From Lingula anatina (Eukaryota; Animalia; Brachiopoda), in contig CM120648.1 of NCBI GenBank assembly GCA_051362555.1, forward strand, positions 12,644,587 to 12,708,586: a DNA stretch of 64,000 nt, written 5' to 3'. This document shows positions 12,148 to 24,482 of this stretch, one piece after another. A model generated the notes under the pieces. The model was not told where the DNA came from. It worked only from the letters and a program-made list of their open reading frames with translations, and searched no databases. A program made the translations under genes and the position numbers. Every line of letters begins with the position of its first letter. Positions within the stretch are counted from its first letter, which is position 1.

Positions 12148-14580
12148 CGGTCAATGACTACTCCATCTCTTAGTAAAACGCGTTTTTTTCTGTCAAGTAC
12201 GATCTGGTGGCCTGCGTTTTCAGGCTTTTGCTTTTCTATCGTTTCAGAAGAAAATAATCTGCGCCACTCTTTGCGGAATGCCAGATGTTGGTCCTTTTTT
12301 AGGCGAATCTCTGCGCACGATGGATCCTGTTGCAGTTTAGCAGCGTTTTTCACTATATCATTTCTTTCCGTTCCTGACTGTACGGTGACCAAACACGGTC
12401 GGGGGGTATTATCTACACGCTTTTTTCCTAAACATTTGATAACACTGGTGCTTGGGTTCCCTTTTTTGATAATCCGAAAAAGACTGGCCATTTGCTCTGT
12501 ATCGTTTAATGCATTATGAACGGGTGTTCCATCCTCAGGCAAATTAGTAATGATTAGATTGCATTCCCATTCTTTGTAATCTAGGTGCTCCAGAAACTTC
12601 TGCTGGCATGCCACGGTCTTGGTTAATTTATCCACATCGGATGAAAGTTGGGCTATCTCTTGCTTAAGTGAATATTTTTCAGTTTCTAGCTGAAATACTC
12701 TGTCAGTAAGGTGCTGTATTGTGTTATGTGTTTCAGTTGTAGTCATCTTTATTTCGTTGAGTTGATCATTGAGCTGGGCAGCGAAAAACTGTGCCCACTG
12801 GGGGGCCGTAGACATGATATTGTGGTCACCTGGCTCGTTTTAAGTGGGGGTTGGAGTCATTACCGCGTCAACGAAATCTTGTGCCATAGTGTTTTGAGTC
12901 TCAGGCATCTGTGTGAGCGTTACAGTTTCTTGGGTGTCCAGGTCTAAGTACTGACTACTGATGAGCGAGGTTGCGGTACTTACTCCACTGTCCGCCATTT
13001 TTATTTGTTCGGAGTCGACAATCTCTCCGGCTGGGTGGCAGGGGGCTTGTTTACTACTGTTCCGAGTTCTCTTTCGGGGTGGCGTTCTTCCACTGGGCGA
13101 TTTATGAGTACGGTAATTCTCCAATCTATACGAACGCCGCAATAATTACGAACGAAACGTTTTATCTCTGAATCTGAATTTTTTGTCTCCGTTCTGTACG
13201 AACGATCGCTAAACTCACCTTGGGCACAATTTAAATTTTCCGAACGCAAGAAATTCGCCCCATGATTCGTCAAAGCGAGTTTTTAGACCACCGTTCTAAA
13301 CAAAGGAAGTGCCACTTGACAGGAGAGATTGTTATCATGTATTTGTGCTGTTTTTGAATGAGACGATAGAAGGACTCAACCTGCCCGCCGGCAGCTGCAG
13401 GCCAGTTTTAAAACCCTATTGTTATTTAGAAATTATTGAAAGCATCAGTACACATAAATTACTTACTGTTTATTATCATTTCTTAACTTCTGCCGGCCGA
13501 CTAGATCATCAACATCCACCATCGGTGTTTCACCGATATCTGGTTTCCAGTAAAATCTATAAACGTGAAACCCCACGCACAACAGAAGAGTATGAGAAAT
13601 CCATAGTCAATGATCGAGTTTTTTATTTGTTTTTGGTAGTCATTCGGAAATTAATTTTTTTAAGAGAAGTTCCTTCTTGTATTGTACTGTATTTATTTTT
13701 CTAATTTGAGTTGTGACAAAGTTCATGCTTTTTTTGTTTGTTTGTTTGTTTTTCCTTGTTAAAGACCTTGTCAACAACTATTAGGTAAACCTTACTGATA
13801 TTGGTGATTGTGAAAAATAAAGGTGTCGTATGACTTTATACAAATTTGCCTGCAGTTTTCTGTATTTTTTCTAATAAAGTATACATTGATTGCGTGCAAA
13901 TTAATATTCTGTAAAAGACTTTCATAAATAGACGTGAATTGAGCTGATGTTATTTTTTATATCAAGTATAATCTCTATTAACATCAGTGATATCTACTGT
14001 GAGGAGTTTCAAGTATTTTGTTTTGGTGGAAGAAATTTATGTAAGCCTAATGGGGGGTGACATTATTAATATTGCAAATTTTCTATATGTGAAATCATAT
14101 TAAAAGTAAACACGCAATGAATAAAATATGCAACTGGATTCGCAAATATTCTTGTCTGTTTTTGACAGAAGTTGGGAAAAACGATGTTGTCCTGTCTTGG
14201 TAAAACATAACAGGGAAAAACGATGTTGTCTTGTCTTGGGAGAAATGTAACTCTTTAGTATGAAGAAATTGTTGAATTCCCGACTTTTGTTTAGTTTGTT
14301 TTTATTCATTGCAATATCGCAAGAATAATTTGTTTGTGCTAAAAGTTGATCACAGTGATTTAATCTGAAAGTAATGCTTACACTTAGCAATGTTAGGTAA
14401 GTGGAAATAACTTCCGGTACAGCCGTATTCCATTCGTATTTCAATGGATACGAACGCGTGGCAATTTTTAGCAGACTGAATTTCAAGCCTTACGAACAAA
14501 ACGATTATCTTCCAAAAATAATTAATTTAAATCGTTCGTATAGATTGGAGAATTACCGTATCTTGTAGCCTTTGCGACAT
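12126..14580 (-). pseudogene. LINE ORF1 (coiled-coil plus RRM-like region), interrupted by a MITE and an in-frame stop
   Basis: Removing 13111-14560 gives ATG(14580)-MSQRLQDTHKSPSGRTPPRKR, in frame with ORFs 12840-13142 and 12126-12815. Stop at 12840-12842. Confidence 0.85.
13111..14558. mobile_element. Tc1/mariner-type non-autonomous element (TA TSD)
   Basis: Perfect 26-bp TIR CGGTAATTCTCCAATCTATACGAACG. TA at 13109-13110 and 14559-14560. Removal restores LINE ORF1. Confidence 0.92.
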
Positions 14581-15321
14581 TCCACTCCCTTAGAAACTTT
14601 AGATATCAAGGTTACATCTGGACTTCATAAAATTCGCGTCCACAAGCTTTGACGCATGCGCACACTTAGATAGAGAGTGCGCTCGATACAAGCAAGACAA
14701 ATTGAATGCCATTTAACCCTCTAATTAAGAGGTAAAGGAAGTTCCAGTTAGATGGATGATTAAGATAGGACTTGTAAAGGTAACGGGCATTGTTTACCTC
14801 AGTTTAATAAAAGTATGCAAGACGGAGTGTCAGCGGTTTAATAAATAAATTGAATTTCACAAATAACATGGACCTCATATGCAATAATCAACATTTCCCT
14901 TAACTCATTCAAATGCAGTGTTTTATACAACTTGGGATAACCATGATTAAATGCTTGTTAAAGAATTTACTAGACGGGAAATGGTTTTACACAGCTTCAC
15001 GAGGATTTAGACCCCTCAGGTAAGAGATTTGAATGAGTATATACTTTTATCAGAAGCCAGAGAAGTCATCTTATAGGGACAATGCAGCTCAGTTTGACAG
15101 CTAAGCACGCTCTGTTCTCTAGTGGCTCGATTGTCGTCATCGGACCACGTGACCATGTAGCTCATTAACTCCCAGGCCGAACAAATAGGACGTTTTTTAA
15201 AGCCAAAAATTTACAAAATGAGCTTTTAATTTGTGTATTTGGATAAAGATATCGTTAGTTGGGCATGTTTTCTGAAGAATATGTTCCGTTCAGGCCATTC
15301 TGACGGCAAGACGCAAATCCT

Positions 15322-15868
15322 TTAAAATTGACTTTGGCCTACTTTTCACCATGAACTGAACTTGGCAAATTTTGGTTCCCTTTTATCTCCAAAACTGGCA
15401 GGGATAGGTCCATAGTTGCTATTGAACTTGAGTAGGAAGTCACATACTGACAATCTAAATGTGACCTTGAAATTGACCTTTGACCTACTTTACACCACAA
15501 ACTGAACTTTGCAACTTTTTAATGCTTTTATTTTCAAAACTGGCAGAGATAGGTCCATAGTTACTATTGAACTTGAATAGGAAGTCTTATACTGGCAATT
15601 TACTGTGACCTTAAAATTGACCTTTGGCCTACTTTTCACCATGAACTGAACTTGGCAAATTTTGGTTCCCTTTTATCTCCAAAACTGGCAGAGATAGGTC
15701 CATAGTTGCTATTGAACTTGAATACGAAGTCATATACTGGCAATCAAAATGTGACCTTGAAATTGACCTTTGACCTACTTTTCATCATGAATTGAACTTA
15801 GCTAATTTTTGTTCCCTTTTATCTTCAAAACTGGCAGAGATAGGTCCACAGTTACTATTGAACTTGAA
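15322..15868. repeat. ~146-bp satellite array, right part
   Basis: Same unit as 6600-7133. Joining at the TTAA restores ACTGTGACCTTAAAATTGAC, which is intact at ~15602-15621. Confidence 0.9.
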
Positions 15869-15938
15869 TATATATATATATGTTTGTGTGTGTGAATTAT
15901 TATACAGGCAATAAACATATTATAAAAATAAATTAGAA

Positions 15939-16565
15939 TTACAAATTGGGTCGGTATTTAAAATAATTTGAACAACATGTTTTAAAATGAAAACGGTGTA
16001 TATACTTGAACTTTCCCAGTGCTGGGTCCTGTTTTTTCTGGAAAGCTAATTGATTTTGCGGGCACCACTGGTTTCGGTAAAAAGAAACAATGCTGCATCT
16101 TGTGACTTCAAGAGGTTCTGTGCGTGCAAACGAAATTGACTTCAGAGCTACAGGTGACCTTTGCACATCGGTTGGAAGAGAAGGTTTAGTTCTTGGGTTT
16201 TCTAGGATCTTTTGTCCAACAACACGCCACATGTTCTCTGCTTCTTCTTCACTCTTTAGTGCCAGGTCAACCTTTTTCTTACATTTCAGGCACACCGTAT
16301 GTGAGGGGCAATTATCCCCAGTCAATTCATATTTAAACAATTTAGAGAGTCCGTCAATATATAGCTTACTTTTCCCCTGGCCTTCTTCTGATTTACCGCA
16401 TAACTTTAAATAGTGACGGGAATAAACCGATATGGGTTGACTGCAAAGTAAACACTCCTTCCCTATTACCTTCTTCGTCGGTGTAGTGGTTACTTCATGT
16501 CGTATTCAACTAACAACTGGAATTTTTGACGGGCTGCATATAGGCTCTGCCGTTGCCGACGTCAT
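15939..16565 (-). pseudogene. Decayed ORF with a ZAD-like C2C2 zinc-binding motif, probably transposon-derived
   Basis: Manual translation MTSATAEPICSPSKIPVVS*IRHEVTTTPTKKVIGKECLLCSQ...SHTVCLKCKKKVDLALK. CCAAT and GC-box motifs upstream at ~16625-16695. Confidence 0.5.
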
Positions 16566-16865
16566 TTTCACTAGAGCACGTGGGTTTGTTTATATTCGCA
16601 GCACAAAATATCTCCATTATCTTTGATTGGTCTGGATTTGAACAAAGCGCTTTGACTCGTTCGCGTTCATTGGCAATGAGTCATTGAGGGCGGGCTTTAA
16701 ATTTGAGCAGTGCGGGCAATTGAATGTGGTCAGAGGTAACGTGACACGATGAAGATAGGCTTTGGTGAAGAGGTTAGTGTCAAGTTATCTCTGAAGCTCA
16801 GGGTGCAGTTGATGGACTCTCTGTAGATTTAGGATGATATCCCTGTTTATTATTTTTCACTTTAG

Positions 16866-17046
16866 ATTGTGTATCCTCCTCTCCCTGCCCCAGTGGATGG
16901 ATATATAATATCATAGGGAGATGTTATAATGTGTCCAGTATGCCAGTGGGTAGGGTTGAAGCTTATTGGAATTGCTTGGATTTGGATGCAGCCCTAGCCA
17001 TGCCAAACACTGAAGACCTACAGGCAGCACTGGAAGCTGTAGTAAC
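16866..17046 (+). CDS. Exon: C-type lectin-like domain, N-terminal half (module A); absent from the ORF track
   Basis: TTTTCACTTTAG acceptor and GTATGT donor; phase 1 to 2. DCVSSSPCPSGWIYNIIGRCYNVSSMPVGRVEAYWNCLDLDAALAMPNTEDLQAALEAVVT. Confidence 0.88.
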
Positions 17047-17184
17047 GTATGTATGTTCATTAAATGAAGGGGACAAAACGTAAGAATGTTATTTTTTATA
17101 AGTGCTTATACCACTTCTCGTTGAACTATATAATGACAAGTGATTCTTTAAGTGATCTTACTTCTATTTCGTTTCTATACAAAT

Positions 17185-17856
17185 GCAGGTAATGCCAACA
17201 TTTGCATAGGAGATGTTCTTTTAAAACCATCTAGTTCTGTAAAAGATCTGGGAGTTACCCTCAATGAAAATGGCACTGTGGGGAAGCATGTATCTGAAGT
17301 GTGAAAATCAGCATCTTATGCACTATGGCGCATTGGAAAAATAATTAAAGTGTTAAATAACAAAACCACTGAAAAATTAGTATGTGCATTTATATCATCA
17401 AGATTAGATTACCGCAATAGTCTCCTCTTTGGTATTTGTGACTATCAGATAAAAAAAGTTACAAGTTATTCAAAACTCAGCTGCAAGACTGGTTTGTCAA
17501 ATTAAGTGCAATATAGTACACACCATATTACTCCCATTCTGAAAGAATTACACTGGCTGCCTGTGAAGCAGAGGATTGATTTTAAAGTTCTTTGTATTAT
17601 TTTAAGGCGATCCATTCACAAGGACCATTATATTTATCTGATATTATCAGTTTTAACTCACCACGGTGGTCCACACGTTTTAATACTGAGGATGATCTTA
17701 TTTTAGAACATTCTGTTTTAGAGAAGGGGTGCCTTAAAAGTTAGGGAGATCGTGCTTTTATAATCTACGCCCCAAAAGTGTGGAATGCCCTACCAAATTT
17801 TATTAGAAAAACAGACAATTGACAATTTTAAATCTCTTTTAAAGACAAACATTTTT
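17185..17856 (+). mobile_element. Degenerate L2/CR1-type LINE 3' fragment
   Basis: KDLGVTL, AFISSRLDY, QNSAARLV, HITPILKELHWLPVKQRIDFK across frameshifts. Confidence 0.88.
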
Positions 17857-18240
17857 ATGTACAGACACAGATCTGTCTGTACATACAGCCATCACCTGCG
17901 TCTGTCGTCGTCGTCGCCGTTGTGCACTTTGACCACCGATAACACGATAAGTGAAAAAACCTTTTACCTTTTGGCTTGAAACTTACAGAACTGATGAACA
18001 TTTATAATACGCAGGTCAAGTTCGAAAATCAGCATGATCGGACCATCTGTATGGAAGTAATGCTGTTTTTTCACTTTTTTCAGCATATATGCAACACCGA
18101 TAACACGATAGGTGAAAATCTGTTTCACCTTTTGGCTTGAAACTTACAGAACTAATGAATATTCATAATACGCAGGTCAAGTTCTAAAATCAGCATGATT
18201 GGGCCATTTTCATGAAAGTTATGCTGTTTTTTCACTGTTA
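17857..18240 (+). mobile_element. Helentron/DINE-1-like non-autonomous element fragment with 161-bp internal repeats
   Basis: Starts after a T-run. Hairpin ATGTACAGACA..TGTCTGTACAT, then (GTC)n and 161-bp units. Paralog at 49561. Confidence 0.65.
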
Positions 18241-20339
18241 TATGTTTCATAATTTTTATGGACGTTATCGTGGCCTGTAGATTTTTTGCACTTACACTTC
18301 TCGGCTTTTGCAGAACAGCTGTTTCAGTAACTGGTTGAAACTCAAATATTTTCCTTCTGTTATGTTGTCCCTTATTTTATCAATGACAAGATGTTTTTTT
18401 ATATTCATTGTGGTCTCTGGCTGTGTGATTGTGTCCATTTCCTATATGCTTAGCAGCATTTACAAAATGTTCATTAAAAATATCAGCCACTTTGACACTT
18501 TCGCCTGAATTGAGTCGTTTTCCATCAAAACAATTTCTTTGCTACCAAAGTCAGTTTTTTGCTTACAAATTACTTGATAGTTTTCCAAAAGTCACCATTT
18601 TTTGCACCTCCTGAGCACCTTTCCAGGAAATATTTCTTTATACTTTGTCTCGGAAGTGTGACACATTTGTTGTGCATTTTTCTGAATGCTTCCCAGTTCT
18701 GAGGCGTTCTGATTTGATAGTACTTGTTTCTTAGTTGATGTTTTCTATGAATACATTTTCTGTATTCTCTGTTCATGAAAGGGGCATTTTTCCCTTTACC
18801 TTCTTTGTTTTGAGTGGTGCATGCTTGTCTCAGAGAAAAGCTGACTGAAAGCATTATATGAGTCTTCTGCATCATCAAAAAGTTCACATAGTTGTTCAAA
18901 AGGAGCATTCTCAAGTTCATCTTTAAACATATGGACATCAAAAATTTTAAAACTTCTATAAGTTGTGATTTTCTCTACATCTACAGGTACATACAACTTA
19001 AAAACTACATATACCACATAATGAAAATCACTCAGACCACAATCAGGTCTACCCAACTACCAGACTCGGCACCTAAGGATCCTGAATTAACCGGTATATC
19101 AGACCACGCTACCCGTTTTCAAGGTGTGTGTCAGATCGCATTTCGGAGTATCATACCCCAGAACAAATTTTGTAGCACGACTGCGGGCTCATCCACTCTC
19201 TGCTGAACAACCTTAAACTGTACTCTTAGAGTACTCTATTTTATTGTCTCTATAGGGATATATGTAGTCCAGGCAATCTGTGGTTTGAGGTCAAAGTAAT
19301 TGCAACAGTTTTTATTTTACCACAGTGCTTTTGTATGAAGTCCCCAAAATGACATACTAAAAGTCCTATAAGGAATCCTGGCATGGGAAATATGAAAAAA
19401 TCCAAGATGGCCACCAATTCCATAGTTATAAATGGCTATCAACTATAACCAGGGAGAAAAAGTGCCCAATATCAAATTTAAATAGCTTTTCAGCAATTTC
19501 TATATCTTCAGTACCCTTAATATATGTATATGTTGGCAGAAGTTTGTGTATCCTTCAGCAATTTGAGAAAATCAAAGGCGGCTGCCATTTCCCATAGTAA
19601 TTTTATGTGCTTCAGCTACGAAAGTATATGCTTGCGGGAAAAGTGTTCATTATACAATAAAGTTTGACTTACTTTGCTCCCAACATGGTTATAAGACCTA
19701 TAATATATATCTTGTTGGTATCTAGTATATTCTTCGATTATTTTTTGAAAAATTCCAACATGGCCACCATTTACCATACGATAACATTAACTACTGCCAG
19801 GAATTTATTGTCCATTAACAAATATAGTTTGATTCTGAATCTTTCCTTGTTACCCACATTGAATATAAATTATTGTGTGGAGAGTAACAAGTATGTTTTC
19901 TTAGGTATTTGAATAAAATTTTTAAATAGCCGCCATTTGCTTTATAAATACTGCATATAGGTTTCAACATCTGCAGGGTGATACAAAAGCCATTCCAAAA
20001 TTAAGTAAAAGTTAATTGGTTTCTTAGCTTTTATAACATCCTTGATATACACATGATATTTATCCAGTGGGGAACAAACATGACACCTTGGGTATTGCAA
20101 GGAAATCCAAGATGGCCACCATTTCATTTGAAATACTGGTACATGGGTTTCAATTACTGCCAGCGAGACAAAATTTTTGTATGTAATAAACTTTAGTCTG
20201 TTCCTCATTATTTATCATACTTCTATCTTCCCTATGATGCTGGTATGTTAAAAGTGTATATCTTTGAGAATTTTGAGAAAGAAAAATGGCTACCATGTGC
20301 TTGAGGAAATGAGGATATACTACATGTAGTTTTCCTGAT

Positions 20340-21073
20340 AAAATGGTCTGAACATGTTGATTTTATCTATAAAAAAGCATGCACACGATTGTTTTTTCTG
20401 CACCAGCTTAAACGTGTTAAACTGTCCTCATCTCATCTTGTTCAGGTATATCAGAGTTTAATTCGGACCATGGTTGAATATACTTGTCCTGTGTGGCACC
20501 CTGGATTAACTGGAGAACAATGTAAAATAATAGAATCCATCCAGTCAAGGGCACTTAGGATCATTTTCCCTGAATTAACTTATGTTGATGCTCTAGCCAA
20601 AGCAAAACTTATTACATTAAAAGAGCGCAGATTTGAACTCTGCAAATCATTCTTTGCAAAAGTAAAAAATGACACAGACAAGCTGAACTATCTTTTAACC
20701 TGCAATCCACACATGAGACTAAGAAATAGCCTGTCATATACCATACCAAAAAGTAGAACACAACGTTTTAAAAACACTCTCTTTATTAAACCATTAATGG
20801 TCTGAGTTTTACCTTTGAAACTTATTTTGACCTTTATTGTATTTAATTTTCATTACTCGATCTTCTTTTACATTAACTTGCAGATGCCTGTGCAAAAATT
20901 TATTTTATTTATTTATCTTATTTTATCCTTTTTTAATCTCATTAAGATCTATTCGCATATCCTGTATTATATATCAATATTTTAATTTGCAAAGTTTTAA
21001 ATTTTATTCTTACTCCATTTTATGTATCACTTCAACCTTTTGGTTGCTATGCCTAAATAAACTTACTTACTAA
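20340..21073 (+). mobile_element. 5'-truncated LINE 3' end (CR1/L2/Rex1 group)
   Basis: WSEHVDFIYKKACTRLFFLHQLK...LIRTMVEYTCPVWHPGLT...IESIQSRALRII; ends AATAAA-(CTTA)n. Confidence 0.88.
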
Positions 21074-22244
21074 TCGGCAGTCACCTAGCAGTTTTCTCAT
21101 AAAACCCAAGTGAATGCACTTGATCCACAACAGATGTTTGTCAAAGGGATATTAATGATGTGAGAAAACACTAACAAACAAAACTTATTTCTCCCTAGCA
21201 GCAATTGAAACCCAATGTACTACTATTCCTAAGGTTAATAACAGCCATCTTGGAGTTTGTTAAAACAGCAGATATGCACACAGAAGAAATAAAGATAAGT
21301 AAAAACTGGAAAACAACCTTAAGTTATGGTACCTTCAGTTGAGAATGGATCCAATACGTCTCTCTGGCAGAAACTGAATCCCTTGTGTTAATAGTATTAC
21401 TCTGGGAAATGACAGCCATTTTGGATTTTTCTCAATATCAAAGGATACATACTTGTTTTTAACAAAATATGTATCATAGGGTTAATAATGCTGTTACAAA
21501 GACTGAGAAACAAACTGAATTTAATTTAAATGTTATAATGAACCATATGATTCTCTAAAAGTAATTGAACTCCGAGAGCTACCAGTAGTATTCCTATGTC
21601 AATTGGTGGCCATTTTGAGTTTTTTCAAAATGCACAAGGATACACACTAGAAATATATAATAGAAGTTATAAGGATTTAACAAACACTGAAAAAAACTTA
21701 GTTTCTTTGGTAGAAACGCGTGAATAAGTATTCCTATGGCAAGCGACAGCTATTTAAAAATTTCTCAAAATACACAAGGATACACACTTGCTATCTACCA
21801 AATATTTATCACACCTTCGTTTGCAGGCATTGTGAAAAAATGTTTCAGTAAAAGAAACATGCATTTTGTACAGTACATCGTATACTCCTTTGGCACACTA
21901 TGATTTTTTGTAAATATTTTTAATACCTTGGAGATAGTATCCCAAAAGATTGTAATTTCTAAAACTTTTGATACCAAAACACCAACGTTTCATCAACCCC
22001 ATACTAGCAAGGCATGAATTAATTTTTTTAATTGTCCATATCACTTTTTGTCCATAGAGATTCAGAAAAAAGTAGAATTTGTGACTAAATCTTTAACTTC
22101 ATTTTTCACTTTTGTTTTCTTCAAATGAACTTTTATAATGAGAATCATCATCAATTATGAAGAACGGTTTGGTTGGTGCCGACCCCCACCCGCTTGAACC
22201 ATGGACCTGCAGAGGTCCGTCAGATCGTCGCTGTATCGCGTTAA

Positions 22245-24482
22245 AGGATTTGCTTCATACCGTCAGAATGGCCTCACCGGAACATATTCTTCAGAAAACA
22301 TGCCCAACTAACGATATCTTTATCCAAATACACAAATTAAAAGCTCATTTTGTATATTTTTGGCTTTAAAAAACGTCCTATTTGCTCGGCCTGGGAGTTA
22401 ATGAGCTACGTGGTCACGTGGTCCGATGACGACAATCGAGCCACTGGAGAACAGAGCGTGCTTAGCTGTCAAACTGAGCTGCATTGTCTACCTGTAAGAT
22501 GACTTCTCTGGCTTCTGATAAAAGTTAATACTCATTCAAATCTCTTACCCGAGGGATCTAAATCCTCATGAAGCTGTGTAAAACCAGTCCCGTCTAGTCA
22601 ATTCTTTAACGAGCATTTAATTATGGTTATCCCGAGTTGTATAAAACACTGCATTTGAATGAGTAAAGGGTACTGTGGATTATTGCATATTAGGGCCATG
22701 TTATTTGTGAAATTCAATTAATTTTATTAAACCGCTGACACTCCGTCTTGGATACTTTTCTTAAACTGAGGTAAACGATGCCCGTTACCTTTACAAGTCC
22801 CATCTTAATCATCCATCTAACTGGAACTTCCTTTACCTCTTAATTAGAGGGTTAAATGGCTGGCGATATTTATCTCAGGTAAAAATCTACCTGTGCTTTA
22901 GTTACAAAGAGCAGCTCCCGCAGACATGGGGTTACTAGATAAAATCTGAACACCGGGTTTATTGAGGAGCTAGAGAAACAAAAGAAGAATTTTTCCTGCA
23001 CAGCTTCATAGGAATTTTAGCACGGACTTGATCCTGCTTAGACCTTCTAATTAACAGGGTGACATGGGCAATTTTCAAATACAAAATAAACAAATAATAA
23101 AACTATATTTCAGTTAGCCTCCTCTTAAATAAATATACCGTTCTGGATAAATTAGAACATTTATTAAATCGACAGAAAATTTTTGACTTAAATGATGATT
23201 TTATTATTAATGGAAATTAAGCTACTATATGAGGCACATTTGCTGAGATTACACTGTTCTTGATGTTTTGCGTTAGTCTACATTTTGCTGTGCGTGCTTG
23301 GAATTTTTATTTTTATTTTTTATACTCACGTATGTAAAATGCACATTTAGTAAACATTCAAGTAATGATTTTTCCCATGCTACTTATAGCAAACAATGCT
23401 CTTTTACCTTGATCTGCTACATGTTTTTGGGTTTGACAAAGCATACAAATTTGCAAAAAGTTTTGTGTACAGACGCAGAACTTGTATTTCAAGGTATAAA
23501 ATGATAAATCTTTTAAATTATTTTATACTTCAGATGAAAAAACATTCAGAAACAAATCCTCAAAGCATAAACGAATTAGGATTATGAACCATTTTAGTAC
23601 ATAAGTTCCTATTTTTTTCTTTAATATACCGCTCTTTTTTTCTGTTTGTTCTTCAACACGTTTTCTTCCACGGAAGTAATGCCTGGGCATACGCATGCTT
23701 CAAGTTACCCGGAGAGCAATTACTTTTTTTAATGTTCGGGACGGTGTTTGAACTCAATTGTTTAAATATTGATATTAAACGTCATTTACAAATACCAATA
23801 AAATCACCCCATGAAATAAATGAGATATTTTGAAAAATATGAAAGCCCACCAAGACGATTTTGATACCTGTTATTACCTGGGTTGGGAAGTGCAGCGGTG
23901 CATAATTAACAGGTTTGTTGTAAACGAGCTTTTGGTCAACTACAATGCATTTAAAATGCAACAGCAATCAGTAAGTTTGCCAACTGATGACTATTGACAG
24001 TTAATCTGAAAGACTACCAGCTCTTGATATGATCTAAACCACCTGAGATGACCATGATCTAGAGCATCGCAACTATTGTCACCGAAGTTAGTAAGTCATG
24101 GAAGACCGTCACAGACAAAGAAAGATTGTCAACGAGAGCTGCAATTTTGGTGAATCCCACGGCAACACACCGAGGCATAACGAAAATTCCTCAACTCCGT
24201 TCAACACAACTTTCCTTAACTTCTCCGTCTGTATGCACCATGCAGCTCAGTTGAGTCTCATAGACCTTTATCGTGATTGTCGTCACAGTACCACGTGACC
24301 CAGATCTGCTGCTTCGTTTATGCATATTGAGGTGAGGTTTACTAAAACGCTTTTTGTCTACTAATATATTGTTTTTTATAATTTTTAAATGACGGGGATC
24401 GATTAAAACATAACTGTAGTGTATAGATTAAGTGCTGGATCTTCAGAATTCGAGAAATGGATTTTTATATGATTATTGTCCT
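22245..24482 (-). mobile_element. TTAA-flanked non-autonomous DNA element, copy 2 (uninterrupted, inverted)
   Basis: TTAA at 22241-22244 and 24483-24486; AGGA...TCCT termini; reverse complement of copies 1 and 3. Confidence 0.88.

Larger units (their letters stand above)
8947..14707 (-). mobile_element. Full-length but disrupted non-LTR retrotransposon of the CR1/L2 group
   Basis: ORF1 plus ORF2 (APE endonuclease, RT, C-terminal CCHC-like motif). 3' AATAAA and (TAAC)n tail at ~8959-8990. Interrupts the TTAA element with a ~9-bp target deletion and no TSD. Confidence 0.92.
7134..15321 (+). mobile_element. TTAA-flanked non-autonomous DNA element (Kolobok- or Crypton-type), copy 1, split by a LINE (own sequence 7134-8946 and 14708-15321)
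   Basis: TTAA|AGGACAA at 7130-7140 and AATCCT|TTAA ending 15325. Homologous to 22245-24482 and 57318-59893. Confidence 0.85.
15907..17180 (+). repeat. Segmental duplication copy A (paralog at 60029-61296) containing the CTLD N-half exon
   Basis: Colinear high-identity direct repeat; offset 44126 bp at the exon. Confidence 0.93.

Noticed and set aside
19044-19152. RAG/Transib transposon end
   Set aside because: The 5-bp TSD fits, but the terminus is CAGG, not a CAC heptamer, and no nonamer or transposase is visible.
22170-22240. tRNA or tRNA-derived SINE
   Set aside because: Only a B-box-like GGTTCAAG on the minus strand; no cloverleaf or convincing A box.
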